From: an uncultured Gammaproteobacteria bacterium
GTDB lineage: Bacteria > Pseudomonadota > Gammaproteobacteria > Chromatiales > Chromatiaceae
Assembly: GCA_963775335.1 (NCBI GenBank)
Contig: CAVZIJ010000003.1
Coordinates: 1,538,463 to 1,570,462, forward strand
Length of the DNA stretch: 32,000 bases
Direction: 5' to 3'
The notes beneath the pieces were generated by a model. It made no database searches and was not told the origin of the DNA. It saw only the letters and a program-made list of their open reading frames with translations. The translations under genes were made by a program, and so were the position numbers. Positions 30,966-32,000 of this stretch are shown here, piece by piece (the stretch's first letter is position 1; every line of letters begins with the position of its first letter).

Positions 30966-32000
30966 TTAGAGTGAACGTGCCACGCGAAAGCCCACCTCCT
31001 TTTTCGAACTGCCGGAATCCACCTCAATATAACTCGAAGCTGTCAAGCCTTCTTCCAAACTCATGAAGCTGCCACCATACGCCACCCTTTTCCTAGAATC
31101 GATCGCGTCAGAAACCCACTCACTTACGTTCCCGTGCATTTGAAAGCAGCCCCACGGATTTGGTCTAAATTTCGCAACATTAACCGGTTTCTGCGCGTAA
31201 TCGCTCAAACGAAATCGTGCAGGCGCGTAGTCCGCCCCCACCTCTATGTCGGGCTCACCAACTTTCGCCCTAAGTCGCTTTAGTTCAACTAATGTGCAAT
31301 AGTGTCCCCCGAAGCACGCGTCGTCCAGCGCGACTCGGTCGCCAAACCAATATCGACATCGTGTGCCGGCGCGGCAGGCATACTCCCACTCGATTTTGCT
31401 CGGAAGCCGATACGCTTTTCCGGTCATCGAGGAAAGCCAGTCACAATACTGACTAGCGTCCCACCAACTGACAAATCGCACCGGCCAATCCGGATGCAGA
31501 AAGGATTTCTGCAGAACGTTCCGGTTGGTGAGACGGCAAAATGTCCAATATTCTGTGTTGGTTACCGCGTAGCGGCCAATTGCAAAAGGTTGTGTAATTT
31601 CCAGGTGGTCCATCAGTTTGCCTGGAGGGATTACAACCATTTCCGGGCATTCGACCCTCTTGGGACCAGAACCAAATCCCAGGAAGGCCCCGGCTGATTC
31701 GAGCAAAAACGGTGGATCTTGAAATATCGTAGTGATACCGATAATCGAGGCAACTTTTTGTTGGAGCTGTCGCACCTTAACAGTGATCCAGCCGTCTATA
31801 TTGCAGACTTGCATACCCCAGCGCGGCGCCTCTTCTTCTCGGCCTTGGGTTGTTGCTTTTGGTGACGGGTGTTCTTGCTCTTCTTCTTGAGCAATCCAGA
31901 GATCATGCTGCCGTCGAAGCTGCTCATCGGAAAGAACTTGATAAGCTTCGTTAAGGAGTTTCATCACCCTTTCACAGTTGTCATCCCCGGGATTTCGATC
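30966..32000 (-). CDS. J-domain (DnaJ-like) :: FGE-sulfatase (SUMF1/formylglycine-generating-enzyme-like) fusion protein, 5' end outside window
   Basis: The frame is open to base 32000 and reads DRNPGDDNCERVMKLLNEAYQVLSDEQLRRQHD, which is the J-domain after the HPD motif. The C-terminal RLPSKIEWEYACRAG, NPWGCFQMHGNVSEWV and AYGGSF are FGE-sulfatase motifs. Confidence 0.8.
   Translation of the reverse strand, partial: DRNPGDDNCERVMKLLNEAYQVLSDEQLRRQHDLWIAQEEEQEHPSPKATTQGREEEAPRWGMQVCNIDGWITVKVRQLQQKVASIIGITTIFQDPPFLLESAGAFLGFGSGPKRVECPEMVVIPPGKLMDHLEITQPFAIGRYAVTNTEYWTFCRLTNRNVLQKSFLHPDWPVRFVSWWDASQYCDWLSSMTGKAYRLPSKIEWEYACRAGTRCRYWFGDRVALDDACFGGHYCTLVELKRLRAKVGEPDIEVGADYAPARFRLSDYAQKPVNVAKFRPNPWGCFQMHGNVSEWVSDAIDSRKRVAYGGSFMSLEEGLTASSYIEVDSGSSKKEVGFRVARSL

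Overview
GC-rich, proteobacterial-type chromosomal segment. A short housekeeping core sits inside accessory and mobile DNA. The core runs about 13.8-20.2 kb: a cysteine-free DsrC/TusE-like gene, ptsP, a yeaO-like DUF488 gene, a TetR remnant, and a quinol-type nitric-oxide reductase with an FNR/DNR-type box.

Left arm (1-12.4 kb): hicAB; a tyrosine-recombinase pseudogene with three frameshifts; a visibly lower-GC islet with an overlapping nucleotidyltransferase + DUF262 pair; a translationally coupled XRE-HTH / DUF4258 / unknown three-gene operon; an HNH endonuclease + 3-TM protein operon; a Zn-ribbon protein; a bacterial-type PARG (GGG-X8-QEE); an IS21-family element that has lost istA but keeps both ~90-bp multi-repeat ends; and an IS4/IS701-like transposase.

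Right arm (20.5-32 kb): a duplicated terminator/att-like module next to a P4-type integrase islet (int, alpA, standalone FtsH/M41-like peptidase, small HTH-like ORF, P4/D5-type primase-helicase). Lower-GC DNA follows, with a ParA-like ATPase + 144-aa partner and palindromic operators, DUF4124 and DUF5681-like proteins, and a J-domain::FGE-sulfatase fusion cut by the window edge.

No rRNA, convincing tRNA or CRISPR array was seen. The best candidates for something undescribed are:
- the NTase+DUF262 pair
- the XRE/DUF4258/172-aa operon
- a ~72-bp imperfect inverted repeat pair 21.8 kb apart (4145-4216 vs 25987-26059)
- the structured duplicated module at 20.5-20.75 kb

All homology statements come from motif recognition by eye. 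No database search was run.
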